This document shows, one piece after another, positions 18,364-27,362 of a DNA stretch of 42,013 bases (positions within the stretch are counted from its first letter, which is position 1; each line of letters opens with the position of its first letter). Location: contig JAAELR010000446.1 of NCBI GenBank assembly GCA_024226455.1, positions 1 through 42,013 of the forward strand, written 5' to 3'. The notes under the pieces were generated by a model, which did no database searches, was not told where the DNA came from, and saw only the letters and a program-made list of their open reading frames with translations. The translations under genes and the position numbers were made by a program. Source of the DNA: Paracoccaceae bacterium. GTDB lineage: Bacteria > Pseudomonadota > Alphaproteobacteria > Rhodobacterales > Rhodobacteraceae.

Positions 18364-18811
18364 CACACCGGTCGATCCCTACATCGCGCTGCAATTCGAA
18401 GTGGGGATCATCCATCAGATCGGCATCGCGTTTCTTGAGGCCCGGCTGCCGGATGGCCTGCTGGTGTCGCATTTCTCGGTGGTCAGTCACTTGGTTCGCG
18501 TCGCCGACGGCGCCACCCCCCTGCAACTGGCGGCCGCGTTCCAGGTGCCGAAGACCAGCATGTCGCATACGCTGGCCGGGCTGCAACGGCGCGGTCTGGT
18601 GGATATGCGCGCCAACCCCGATGACAAACGCTCTAAACGGGTCTGGCTGACGCAGGCCGGGCGGCAATTCCGCGACGATGCGCTGGCTGCGATGGCGCCG
18701 GTCTCGGCAGAAATTGCAGCGCGGTTCCCGCGCGAGAAGATTGCACAACTGCTGCCCGGCCTGGCCGAATTCCGCGCCGTGATCGACAGGCTGCGCGACG
18801 AGATATCGTGA
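18356..18811 (+). CDS. MarR family transcriptional regulator
   Basis: 151 aa. Winged-helix region (...PLQLAAAFQVPKTSMSHTLAGLQRRGLV...). Start overlaps the stop of the preceding gene by 8 nt. Confidence 0.85.
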   Translation: MPDTPVDPYIALQFEVGIIHQIGIAFLEARLPDGLLVSHFSVVSHLVRVADGATPLQLAAAFQVPKTSMSHTLAGLQRRGLVDMRANPDDKRSKRVWLTQAGRQFRDDALAAMAPVSAEIAARFPREKIAQLLPGLAEFRAVIDRLRDEIS

Positions 18812-18821
18812 CGATTGACGT

Positions 18822-19613
18822 TCAGGCCCGATGGGCTCCGTCGGCCAGCGATTTCACGAACTCCAACACGTCGGTGACGCTGTCGCCGGCGCCGATTCTG
18901 GCCACGATGGCCGAGCCGACCACAGCGCCGTCGGCGACGCGGGCGATGGTCTCGGAGCGCTCTGGCGTCTTGATGCCGAAGCCCACCACCACGGGCAGGT
19001 CGATCGCTGCCTTGATGCGCGCCACCTCTGGCCCGACATCTCCGGCCTCGGCATCCGCGGCACCGGTGATGCCGGTGATCGAGACGTAATAGACGAAACC
19101 GCTGGTGTTGGTCAGCACCTTGGGCAGGCGGGCGTCGTCGGTGGTGGGGGTCGCCAGGCGGATGAAGTTCAGCCCCGCTCTCTGCGCCGGGATGCACAAT
19201 TCCTCGTCCTCTTCGGGCGGCAGGTCGACGATTATCAGCCCGTCGATGCCTGCCGCTTTGGCGTCGGTCACGAACTTGTCGACGCCGCGGCTGTAGATCG
19301 GGTTGTAATAGCCCATCATCACGATCGGGGTCCCGTTGTCGTGTTTGCGGAACTCGGTGGCCATATCCAGCGTCTTTTGCAGGGTCTGCCCTGCCGCCAA
19401 AGCGCGCTGCCCGGCAAGCTGAATGGTCGGGCCGTCGGCCATCGGGTCGGTAAAGGGAATACCCAGTTCGATGATGTCGACCCCGGCGCCGGGCAGGCCC
19501 TTCACGATCTCCATCGAGGTTGCATAGTCGGGATCGCCCGCCATGACATAGGCCAAAAAGGCCTTCTTGCCTGCGGCGTTCAGGGCAGCGAATTTGGCGT
19601 CGATCCGGGTCAT
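18822..19613 (-). CDS. trpA: Tryptophan synthase alpha chain
   Basis: [11 protein letters not shown]...[15 protein letters not shown]...GFGI... The upstream 107-codon in-frame extension of the ORF is rejected (no similarity, runs into an AT-rich intergenic region). Confidence 0.9.
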   Translation of the reverse strand: MTRIDAKFAALNAAGKKAFLAYVMAGDPDYATSMEIVKGLPGAGVDIIELGIPFTDPMADGPTIQLAGQRALAAGQTLQKTLDMATEFRKHDNGTPIVMMGYYNPIYSRGVDKFVTDAKAAGIDGLIIVDLPPEEDEELCIPAQRAGLNFIRLATPTTDDARLPKVLTNTSGFVYYVSITGITGAADAEAGDVGPEVARIKAAIDLPVVVGFGIKTPERSETIARVADGAVVGSAIVARIGAGDSVTDVLEFVKSLADGAHRA

Positions 19614-20013
19614 GGGCGTCTCTTTCCTGTCGGTTTGCCCGATGTGCAGAAATTCCGACCGGAAATCAATCGGGCATCTTGACAGCGTGGCGCGCCAGCC
19701 GGTCTCGCGCGATTGTCCGGTCAAGAGGGAAGCGAGCCCTACCCTTTGCCCGGGAAATGGCGGTTCTCGACGAGGATTCGTTGCACGGCCCTTTCGATGC
19801 CAGGTCGAGTTTCTTGGGCGGGCAATGTTTTTTGAACCTGGAAAAAACCGGTAAATCGAAGGGGTTTCCGGCAAGTGGTGCGGCTTTGTTTCGGCAGAGG
19901 GTGGGGGCAGATTGCCGCATATGGCAATATTCATATATTGAAATGAATGAGTATGCTACATGATTGTCATCGACGACATGACCGGCGATGCCGCCGACAA
20001 AGAGGAGATTGTC

Positions 20014-20622
20014 ATGGAACTAAAATCGCTGACCCTGTCGCTTGCCATCGCAACGGCTACCGTCACCGGCGCCTTCGCCGCAGAAACCGGCGTCACCGCC
20101 GAGGCTGCCGAAGCCACCAGCACCACCACCGCCCCGGCGGTTACGGCCGCCGCCGAGACCGGGTCCGACGCCTGGATCGGTAGCGAGACGATTGAGATCT
20201 ACGGCGTGCGCGTCGCCAATCCGCTGGACCCCGCCACCTGGTGGGAAGCCTCTGGCGAGGCGATGGATCATGCCAACATGGAGCCGATCCTGATCAACCC
20301 GATCGATCCGGAATTCTGGGTCGCTTTCATCGACCCCCAGCGCCACTCGCGCCTGCATATGACCCTGGCGAACCCCGCCACCATGGGCCAGTTCCTCGAC
20401 CCCGAGACCTATACCGCGATGATGGATATGGGCATCTGGATGAAGTGGATGGACCTGGACAGCTTCGCACCGCTCTACAAGCTGGAAACCTATAGCTACT
20501 GGATGCAGCCCGGCGCCTATCTGCACGCCATGGATCCGGCGACCTATGCCTCGTGGGTCGACATCGACGCCTACACTTCGCTGCTGTCCGCCGCCGCCGA
20601 GACCATGGGTATCGAAGGCTAG
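20014..20622 (+). CDS. Secreted hypothetical protein with at least four tandem (N/M)P-x-DP-(A/E)-T-(W/Y) aromatic repeats
   Basis: AGAGGAG SD 6 nt before ATG 20014. Signal peptide MELKSLTLSLAIATATVTGAFA. Thr/Ala-rich linker. Repeats NPLDPATWW, NPIDPEFWV, FLDPETYTA, MDPATYASW. An unusually AT-rich promoter region lies upstream. Confidence 0.5.
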   Translation: MELKSLTLSLAIATATVTGAFAAETGVTAEAAEATSTTTAPAVTAAAETGSDAWIGSETIEIYGVRVANPLDPATWWEASGEAMDHANMEPILINPIDPEFWVAFIDPQRHSRLHMTLANPATMGQFLDPETYTAMMDMGIWMKWMDLDSFAPLYKLETYSYWMQPGAYLHAMDPATYASWVDIDAYTSLLSAAAETMGIEG

Positions 20623-20799
20623 GATTTTCTCCCCTCCTGCCACCCTCCCGGCAGGCTTCTGGCCGCTCCACGCCAACGGGGCGGTCTTTTTCATTGGCAA
20701 TGAGCAGCCTTTCGGGCGCCGTGCACGGGCCTGCTTGCGAAGCCGCAGCGCGCGCGGTACACGCGGCCCGGATCACAAGGGCGCGAGAGGCAGGATATC

Positions 20800-21897
20800 A
20801 TGGGGTTCAGGACCGGCATCGTCGGGCTGCCAAATGTCGGCAAGTCGACGCTTTTCAACGCGCTGACGCGGACCGCCGCGGCTCAGGCGGCGAATTTCCC
20901 GTTCTGCACCATAGAGCCCAATGTGGGTGCCGTTGCGGTGCCCGACGCGCGGCTAGACAAGCTGGCGGCGATTGCCAATTCCAAGACCATCGTCCCGACG
21001 CAGATGACCTTCGTCGACATCGCCGGGCTGGTGAAGGGCGCCAGCAAGGGCGAGGGGCTGGGCAACCAGTTCCTGGCCAACATCCGCGAATGCGACGCGA
21101 TTAGCCACGTACTGCGCTGTTTCGAGGATGGCGACGTCACCCATGTGGAAAACCGCATCGATCCGGTCGCCGACGCCGAGACCATCGAGACGGAACTAAT
21201 GCTGGCCGATCTGGAATCCATCGACAAACGCCGCGCCGGACTGGTGCGCAAGCTCAAGGGCAACGACAAGGATGCGGTGCAGCAGGATCGCCTGCTGGCG
21301 GTCGCGCAGGCGTCGCTGGAAGACGGCAAACCGGCCCGCTCGGTCGCCGTCGATGCCGAGGACGCCAGGGCCTGGAAGGGGCTGCAGCTGCTGACCGCCA
21401 AGCCGATCCTCTATGTCTGCAACGTGACAGAGGATCAGGCCGCCACCGGCAACCAACACTCCGCCGCGGTTCAGGCGATGGCCGCCGAACAGGGCGCCGC
21501 CGCGGTGGTGATCAGCGCCCGGATCGAAGAGGAAATCGCCCAGCTGGAACCGGATGAACAGGCGATGTTTCTCGAAGAACTGGGGCTGCAAGAGGCCGGG
21601 CTGGACCGGCTGATCAAGGCCGGTCACGACCTTCTGGGCCTGATGACCTACTTCACCGTCGGCCCCAAGGAAGCCCGCGCCTGGACCATCGAAAAGGGCA
21701 CCCTGGCCCCCCGGGCCGCCGGGGTGATCCATGGCGATTTTGAGCGTGGCTTCATCCGGGCAGAGACCATTTCATACGACGACTTCATCCGCCTCGGTGG
21801 CGAGCAGGCCTGCAAGGACGCCGGCAAGATGCGGGCCGAGGGCAAGGGCTATGAGGTCCGCGAAGGCGACGTGCTGCACTTCCTGTTCAACACCTGA
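20800..21897 (+). CDS. ychF: Redox-regulated ribosome-binding ATPase YchF
   Basis: [19 protein letters not shown]-loop. TGS domain at the C-terminus. 365 aa. Confidence 0.95.
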   Translation: MGFRTGIVGLPNVGKSTLFNALTRTAAAQAANFPFCTIEPNVGAVAVPDARLDKLAAIANSKTIVPTQMTFVDIAGLVKGASKGEGLGNQFLANIRECDAISHVLRCFEDGDVTHVENRIDPVADAETIETELMLADLESIDKRRAGLVRKLKGNDKDAVQQDRLLAVAQASLEDGKPARSVAVDAEDARAWKGLQLLTAKPILYVCNVTEDQAATGNQHSAAVQAMAAEQGAAAVVISARIEEEIAQLEPDEQAMFLEELGLQEAGLDRLIKAGHDLLGLMTYFTVGPKEARAWTIEKGTLAPRAAGVIHGDFERGFIRAETISYDDFIRLGGEQACKDAGKMRAEGKGYEVREGDVLHFLFNT

Positions 21898-21906
21898 TTC
21901 TGCCGC

Positions 21907-21924
21907 GTGTCCCCATGGGGACAT
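21907..21924. repeat. 18-nt palindromic element GTGTCCCCATGGGGACAT, copy 2, 10 nt after the ychF stop
   Basis: Identical to 1424..1441. Confidence 0.7.
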
Positions 21925-22065
21925 GGGCGTAACCGGCTGACATCCAACGCGGTAACGCTAACAGTATGCGCGCCCGAAACCCCGGTAAATCAGCCCTCTG
22001 CCGCCTCGCCCCGCTCTGCCGCGTCGATCCGGGCCAGCAGGTCGTCGCAGCGTTCGGTATGATGC

Positions 22066-23478
22066 TCAGAGCCTTCGGCAAACACCTCTAGCGCCGCCGC
22101 CACATGCGCCCGCGCCTGATCCAGCAACTCCGGGCCGGGCGCCAGCCGGTACCGCGCCAGCGCCAGATCGCCCTGGTTCCAGCGGGGTTTGTGCCCAGAG
22201 GAAAGGAACGGTATCGGGCCGCAATTCCTCGAGGCACAGTGCAAAGTCGGTCTGCGCCAGATCGAAATGATCAGCTTGCCCTGTCAAAGCCCCAAGCCAG
22301 CGATGGGCCAGACCGAGATTGCTCTGAGTCTTGGCCCAGTCCATCGGCACGGCCTCCCGCGTGCGCACGGTCAGCGCTTCCTCATAGGCCGCTATGGCCT
22401 CGCGCAGGCGGGCCGGGTCCTGTTCGCGCTCGCCTAGGGAACTCAGTGCGTTGCCCAGGTTGTTCTGGGTCACGGCCCAGTTCTCTGCATCCTTGCGTCG
22501 GGGCACCAGTTTCAGGCACCCGGTGTAGGCGTTGATCGCCGATTTCAGATGCCCGGCATTGCCCGAACGTTCGCCGATGGCGTTTTGACAAATGCCGATG
22601 TCGATGAGCGAGACACCCTTTTGCCCGCCTCTGGCCCGCTTCCAATTGCCTTTTGCCAGCGCCACCTGCAGATCGAACGGCGGGCCCTGTTTTTCGCCGC
22701 GGTCCCGCCACTCGATGATCAGATCGCGGGTGGCGTTCCAGACCCCGCCCGGCGGGGCGCTGGCGCTCAGGTTGCGGATCAGTCGGCTGGCGGCCTCTGC
22801 CGGGCGGTTGCGCACCCGGTCCTGTTCCAGTTGCAGATTAAAGATGCTGTCGCGCTCCGCCTCCAGCCACTGCATCTCTGCCTCCAGCAGCTCCGCGGCC
22901 TCGTCGCGCAGGTCGGCCTCATTGAGCCGCGCCACCTCTCGCATGATCCGCTGCACCTGATCGCCGGTATTTGACGGCAGCTCGCCCCGCTCCTTGATCT
23001 TTTGCGCCGCCTCCAGCGCCGAGCGCAGGCCCTGATAGGAGGTCTGCAGGTCGAGGAACTGACCCTCGGCGAACTCATAGGCCAGCGCGATCAGCAGCGC
23101 CTGCCCGGTGTCGGGGGCAACCTCTTCGCGCCGGGCCCGCGACAACAGCCGTTCGGCGTCGCGGTCGGCTTTGGTGATCTCGTCCTGCTGAACCGCGTTT
23201 TCACCAAGGAACGGGTCGAGCAGGGATTTGTCTAGGTCGAGTTCGGTAACGAGCTTGCCCGCGGTCAGCGCCGAGATCTGGCGCTTGCCCTTCTCTATCT
23301 GGGACAGGAACCCCTTGGCCCCGTCGCGTGCGAGGGCCAGTGTCCCGAGGTCTTCGAGCGTCGCACCCCGCAACGTACGGGCTTGCTTCACCGCCCGCCC
23401 GAAGGTCTCGAGATCGTCCTGTGAAACTTTCTGCAACTTTGGCACCACCCGGTGAACCATCCGGCCACTGGGTGCCAT
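22066..23478 (-). CDS. XRE-type HTH + tetratricopeptide-repeat protein; the 3' end appears frameshifted (true end probably at 21990)
   Basis: N-terminal HTH (FGRAVKQARTLRGATLEDLG), then TPR-like repeats (AVTQNNLGNALSSLG, AKTQSNLGLAHRWLG). The last approx. 40 codons of this frame are low-complexity, while the overlapping -strand ORF 21990..22244 encodes a plausible continuation (GDLALARYRLAPGPELLDQARAHVAAALEVF...). Confidence 0.65.
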   Translation of the reverse strand: MAPSGRMVHRVVPKLQKVSQDDLETFGRAVKQARTLRGATLEDLGTLALARDGAKGFLSQIEKGKRQISALTAGKLVTELDLDKSLLDPFLGENAVQQDEITKADRDAERLLSRARREEVAPDTGQALLIALAYEFAEGQFLDLQTSYQGLRSALEAAQKIKERGELPSNTGDQVQRIMREVARLNEADLRDEAAELLEAEMQWLEAERDSIFNLQLEQDRVRNRPAEAASRLIRNLSASAPPGGVWNATRDLIIEWRDRGEKQGPPFDLQVALAKGNWKRARGGQKGVSLIDIGICQNAIGERSGNAGHLKSAINAYTGCLKLVPRRKDAENWAVTQNNLGNALSSLGEREQDPARLREAIAAYEEALTVRTREAVPMDWAKTQSNLGLAHRWLGALTGQADHFDLAQTDFALCLEELRPDTVPFLWAQTPLEPGRSGAGAVPAGARPGVAGSGAGACGGGARGVCRRL

Positions 23479-23569
23479 CGGCAGTTTCGCCCGGGCAGTC
23501 GAACATGGCCATGTTCGAACACGACCTTACCCCAAGGCGGGCCCGCCGCAACATCGAAAGGAATAAAAC

Positions 23570-23729
23570 GATGATGTGGCTGATAGAAATCTGGATGGCC
23601 GGGTTCTTCACGACCCAAGGCATCAACGCGGTCTTCGCGACCCTGATGCTGGCGGCGGCCATGGGCGCGGATGCCCGGCTGGCGGCGGCCCTGTCGGCGG
23701 CGCTATATCTGGCGCTGGTCTTCGTGTGA
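23570..23729 (+). CDS. Small hydrophobic protein (53 aa), hypothetical
   Basis: AAGGAATAAAACG then ATGATG start. Two predicted TM segments (MMWLIEIWMAGFFTTQGINAVFATLMLAAAMG...LYLALVFV). Divergent from the HTH–TPR gene. Confidence 0.3.
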
Positions 23730-23831
23730 AAAACCCGTCACCCCGGCCCCTTCTTCTCTTTGTCAAATACCTCGGGGGGTCCGGGGGGCTGGCCCCCCGG
23801 TCGGTCGGGTCGCGTCAGCGACCCGAATTCC

Positions 23832-25139
23832 CTACCCAAGCACCGAAAAGCTCGATTCCTCGTTGATCTCCCGGTTGCGCGAATAGAACCCCACATCCGT
23901 CTGCCGCCCGATATAGGGCAGTTCGAACTGCAGCGGAGCCGCGTCGTGGTCGCCCCCCGCTTCGCAATAGTCGATCAGCGCGGCCATCATCTTGCCCGCG
24001 ATCGGCGCGTTCTTGTACTGGTTGCCGCTGGACCCGCAGGCCATGTAGTACCCGCCCAGCGAGGATTTGTCGTAGATCGGGATCCAGTCGGTCGAGGCAT
24101 CGTAAAGGTCGACCACGCCCCTGGTGCGGCTCGGGATGCCCAAGGAAGGCACCCGCTGGGCATAGCGCATGGCTTGCGTGGTCCATTGCTCGGTGAAGTT
24201 GGTGTCATAGCCGGTATCGGCCTCGACCCAGTAGTGATCATCGCATTCAGGATCCTCGCTGCCCACCAGTATGTGGTTGCCATGCTCTGGCCGGCAATAG
24301 GCGCCGATATCGTTGTCCGAGATCACCGGCGCGGTGCCCTCGAAATCGAAACCTTCGGGGGCGGGCATGTGCACCACCTCTTGCCGCAGGGGCCGGGTCT
24401 TGATGTTCATGTCATCGCACACCCCCGCCATGGCGTTGACCAGCGAAGAGCCGGGGCCGGCCACGTTCACCACCACCGGCGCGTGGATCTCCTCGCCCGA
24501 GGCAAGCCTTACCCCGGTCACGCGGCCGCCCTGTTGCAGTATCTCCACCACCTCGGCAGAGGTGCGGAATTCGGCGCCGTGCAGGCGGGCGGCGTCGGCC
24601 AGGTTCTGCGACGACAGGGCCGGGTCGGTGATATAGCCGCCGTTGGGCCAGTAGACAGCGCCGTGCAGGTGCCGCCCGTTGGGCTGGCCGAACCCGGCGT
24701 CATCGCGGGCCTTTGGCGGGTAGTAGCTTTCCAGCGAATAGATCGGCAGGCAGTCGAGGATCTGGGCCTCGTCCCATTCCTCGAACGGGATCTGCAGCAG
24801 GCGGCTGTTTTTGATATGTTTGCCCAGTTGGTCGTTTTCCGGCGTCTTCATCACCATGCAGCCGCATTGCCGGAACTGCGCCAGATCGGCGCCCGCCGGC
24901 AGGCCCAGATAGGCCGCCCAGTCGCGCCAGTAGTGATAGCCCTCCCAGGCAAACGCGGTGCCGTCGAGGGTGGAGTAATGCATCCGGATGATGGCGCAGG
25001 AGCCGGCGGTCGAGCCGTGGCCGATTTGCGCGTTGCGGTCCAGCGACAGGGTTTTCCAGCCGTTCTTGGCCATCTCGAAGGCGGTTGCGGTGCCGATCAC
25101 CCCGGTTCCGATGATGATCGCGTCGTAGCTATTGGTCAT
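23832..25139 (-). CDS. FAD-dependent oxidoreductase (DAO/sarcosine-oxidase-beta-like)
   Basis: MTNSYDAIIIGTGVIGTATAFEMAKNG Rossmann motif. 435 aa. Start overlaps the TetR stop (ATGA). Confidence 0.85.
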   Translation of the reverse strand: MTNSYDAIIIGTGVIGTATAFEMAKNGWKTLSLDRNAQIGHGSTAGSCAIIRMHYSTLDGTAFAWEGYHYWRDWAAYLGLPAGADLAQFRQCGCMVMKTPENDQLGKHIKNSRLLQIPFEEWDEAQILDCLPIYSLESYYPPKARDDAGFGQPNGRHLHGAVYWPNGGYITDPALSSQNLADAARLHGAEFRTSAEVVEILQQGGRVTGVRLASGEEIHAPVVVNVAGPGSSLVNAMAGVCDDMNIKTRPLRQEVVHMPAPEGFDFEGTAPVISDNDIGAYCRPEHGNHILVGSEDPECDDHYWVEADTGYDTNFTEQWTTQAMRYAQRVPSLGIPSRTRGVVDLYDASTDWIPIYDKSSLGGYYMACGSSGNQYKNAPIAGKMMAALIDYCEAGGDHDAAPLQFELPYIGRQTDVGFYSRNREINEESSFSVLG

Positions 25140-25819
25140 GTGGTCTCTCTCCCGGTCGCCGCCTCGACATAGGCGGTGAAGTCGTCGATTTCCGATTGCG
25201 CCGCCTGCTGCCCGGTGAAGGCAAAAAGATACATCGGCACGTTGCTCAGCCTTTCGCGGCTGGTTTCGTTGAGATCGGCCAGATCGTAGCCGAGCTGCAT
25301 GAAATATAGCACCCGGGCGCGGATCGTGGCCTCGTGATCGCCATAGCCATGGCGGGCGAACATTGCCGCCAGCGTGTCGAGCCGGGTCTGGTCGGAGCGG
25401 TCCAGCACCCGGCGCACCTTTCCCGACCGCCGCGCCCAGTCGCGCACCGCGAAGTCGAGCGCGTTGTTGAACAGCCGCTCGTCGATCACGCAGCGGAACA
25501 CATGGCACACGGCCTGGGTGATGCTGGCGGCGGGGGTCTCGGCCTGGGTGACGATGGCGGCGGTATTGGTGTCCTGCCAAAGATCGAGCAGCGCGTCCAG
25601 AAGTTCCTGCCGGGATTTGAAATACCAGTAAAAGCTGGATCGCGACACGCCCAGCCGGTTGCCCAGGTTCAGCACCTTGACCTGTTCCACCCCGTCGCTG
25701 ACCAGCACGTCCATCGCCACGTTCAGCCAGTCGTCACGGGTGACCTTGATGTTGCCCACCAGGGGTTCCTTGTCGGGGTCGTCGCGGTGCAGGACGGGAC
25801 GGTTGCGGTCATTGGCCAT
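25136..25819 (-). CDS. TetR/AcrR family transcriptional regulator
   Basis: HTH VKVLNLGNRLGVSRSSFYWYFKSRQELL. Embedded in the co-directional catabolic operon. Confidence 0.85.
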   Translation of the reverse strand: MANDRNRPVLHRDDPDKEPLVGNIKVTRDDWLNVAMDVLVSDGVEQVKVLNLGNRLGVSRSSFYWYFKSRQELLDALLDLWQDTNTAAIVTQAETPAASITQAVCHVFRCVIDERLFNNALDFAVRDWARRSGKVRRVLDRSDQTRLDTLAAMFARHGYGDHEATIRARVLYFMQLGYDLADLNETSRERLSNVPMYLFAFTGQQAAQSEIDDFTAYVEAATGRETT

Positions 25820-25823
25820 CGGG

Positions 25824-27362
25824 TCAGCTTTCCGGCGGGGTGCCGCCGGCCTTTGTGCGTGCTTCGATCCACGCATTCATGGCCTCGCACCTCGCGCCGT
25901 CAAGGGCCGGGCGCCGGTCGGCGGAAAGGATGTCCTTCCAGACTTGCGTGGCGCGGGCGCTGGCGTCGCGGCTGCCGCGCTCGGCCCAGGTGCCGAAATT
26001 GGCGTAGTCGTGCAGGATGGGCTGATAGAACTCGGTCTGATAGCGCTCCATGGTCTGGGCGGCGGCAAAGAAATGCCCGGCAGGCGGGGTCTCGGCCAGG
26101 GCGTCGAAACCGATCTCGGCCGCACTTGCCCGGGCACCGGCACAAAGCTCGGCCACCATGTTCAGCACCTCCACGTCACAGATCAGCTTTTCATAACCGA
26201 CCGTCAGACCGCCTTCCAGCCAGCCCGCCGAGTGGATGATCACCGTGGCTCCTGCCATCAGGCAGCCCCATAGCCCGAACTGGTTTTCGTTTGCCGCCTG
26301 CACGTCGCCCAGGTTCGCCGCAGAGCCTGCCGCCGAACGCCAGGGCAGGCCGATCAGGCGCGCCAGTTGGCCCGCCGCCAGCGAGGCCTGAAAATGCGCC
26401 GGTGTGCCGAAGGCGGGAGCGCCAGACTTCATGTCGACATTGCTGGTGAAGGTGCCATAGCAGACCGGCGCGCCGGGTCTGGCGAGCTGGGTCAGGGTGA
26501 TCGCGGCCAGCGCCTCGGCATGGCTCAGCGTGATGGCGCCCGCCACGGTGATCGGCGCCATGGCGCCCATCAGGGTAAATGGCGTGACGATAGCGACCTG
26601 GCGCGCGCGGGCGAAGTCGATCAGCCCCTGGGCCATGGGCCCATCCAGCACCCTTGGGCTGTTGGTGTTGATGATGGTGTAGCAATGGGGCTCGGCGTGA
26701 AACTCCGCGTCCGTCAGGCCGCGGAAATCGCGCAGCATCTCGAAGCTCTCGGTGACCTGCGGCGTGCCGCGGGCATAGACGAAGGGCAGCTTGTCGGTCA
26801 GCGTCAGCTGCGCCTGCATGGTGAAATAGTGGCGCAGGTGGGTGGCGACGTCCTGCGGTTCGATCAGCGGCGGCATCATCTGCAGCACGTCGAAGTGGTG
26901 GGTGATCTGCAGCAGTTCGCGAAAATCGCGCGCTGTGCCGGGGCGGCGGCCCCGTTCCAGATCGCTGGCATGCGGGGCGCCCGCACCGGGCTGGAAGTTG
27001 AGCGCGCCAAGTTCCAGCAGCACGTCGCGGTCGCGCGCCCCGGCGCGGGCAGTGATAGAGCGCGGCGCGGTGGTCAGTGCCGCCTCGACGATCTCGCGGC
27101 CGATATGCACCATTTCGCCCTCGACCCGCGCGCCGGCCTGTTTGAAAAGCGCCCGAGCCTCTGGCAGCAGCACCTTGACGCCCAGCTCTTGCAGCGTCCT
27201 CAGCGACGCCTCGTGCATGGCGGCGATCTCGTCGGCGCTGAACACGTCCATCGGCGGGAACGGGTTGCGCAACTGGCGGTAGTTCACCTGGCGCGCGGGC
27301 ACAGCGTCGCCACGCGGCGCGCGATTGCGGCGGCCCCTGGTGGGGCCTTCGTTCTCTCTCAT
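25824..27362 (-). CDS. Trimethylamine methyltransferase (MttB) superfamily protein, non-pyrrolysine type (quaternary amine/betaine methyltransferase-like)
   Basis: 512 aa. Arg-rich N-terminus typical of MttB-family members. No in-frame amber codon. Start overlaps the upstream gene stop. Confidence 0.85.
   Translation of the reverse strand: MRENEGPTRGRRNRAPRGDAVPARQVNYRQLRNPFPPMDVFSADEIAAMHEASLRTLQELGVKVLLPEARALFKQAGARVEGEMVHIGREIVEAALTTAPRSITARAGARDRDVLLELGALNFQPGAGAPHASDLERGRRPGTARDFRELLQITHHFDVLQMMPPLIEPQDVATHLRHYFTMQAQLTLTDKLPFVYARGTPQVTESFEMLRDFRGLTDAEFHAEPHCYTIINTNSPRVLDGPMAQGLIDFARARQVAIVTPFTLMGAMAPITVAGAITLSHAEALAAITLTQLARPGAPVCYGTFTSNVDMKSGAPAFGTPAHFQASLAAGQLARLIGLPWRSAAGSAANLGDVQAANENQFGLWGCLMAGATVIIHSAGWLEGGLTVGYEKLICDVEVLNMVAELCAGARASAAEIGFDALAETPPAGHFFAAAQTMERYQTEFYQPILHDYANFGTWAERGSRDASARATQVWKDILSADRRPALDGARCEAMNAWIEARTKAGGTPPES

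Noticed and set aside
19614-19934. 107-codon upstream extension of the trpA ORF
   Set aside because: No similarity to TrpA. Extends through an AT-rich intergenic region. The canonical start MTRIDAKF has an appropriate context.
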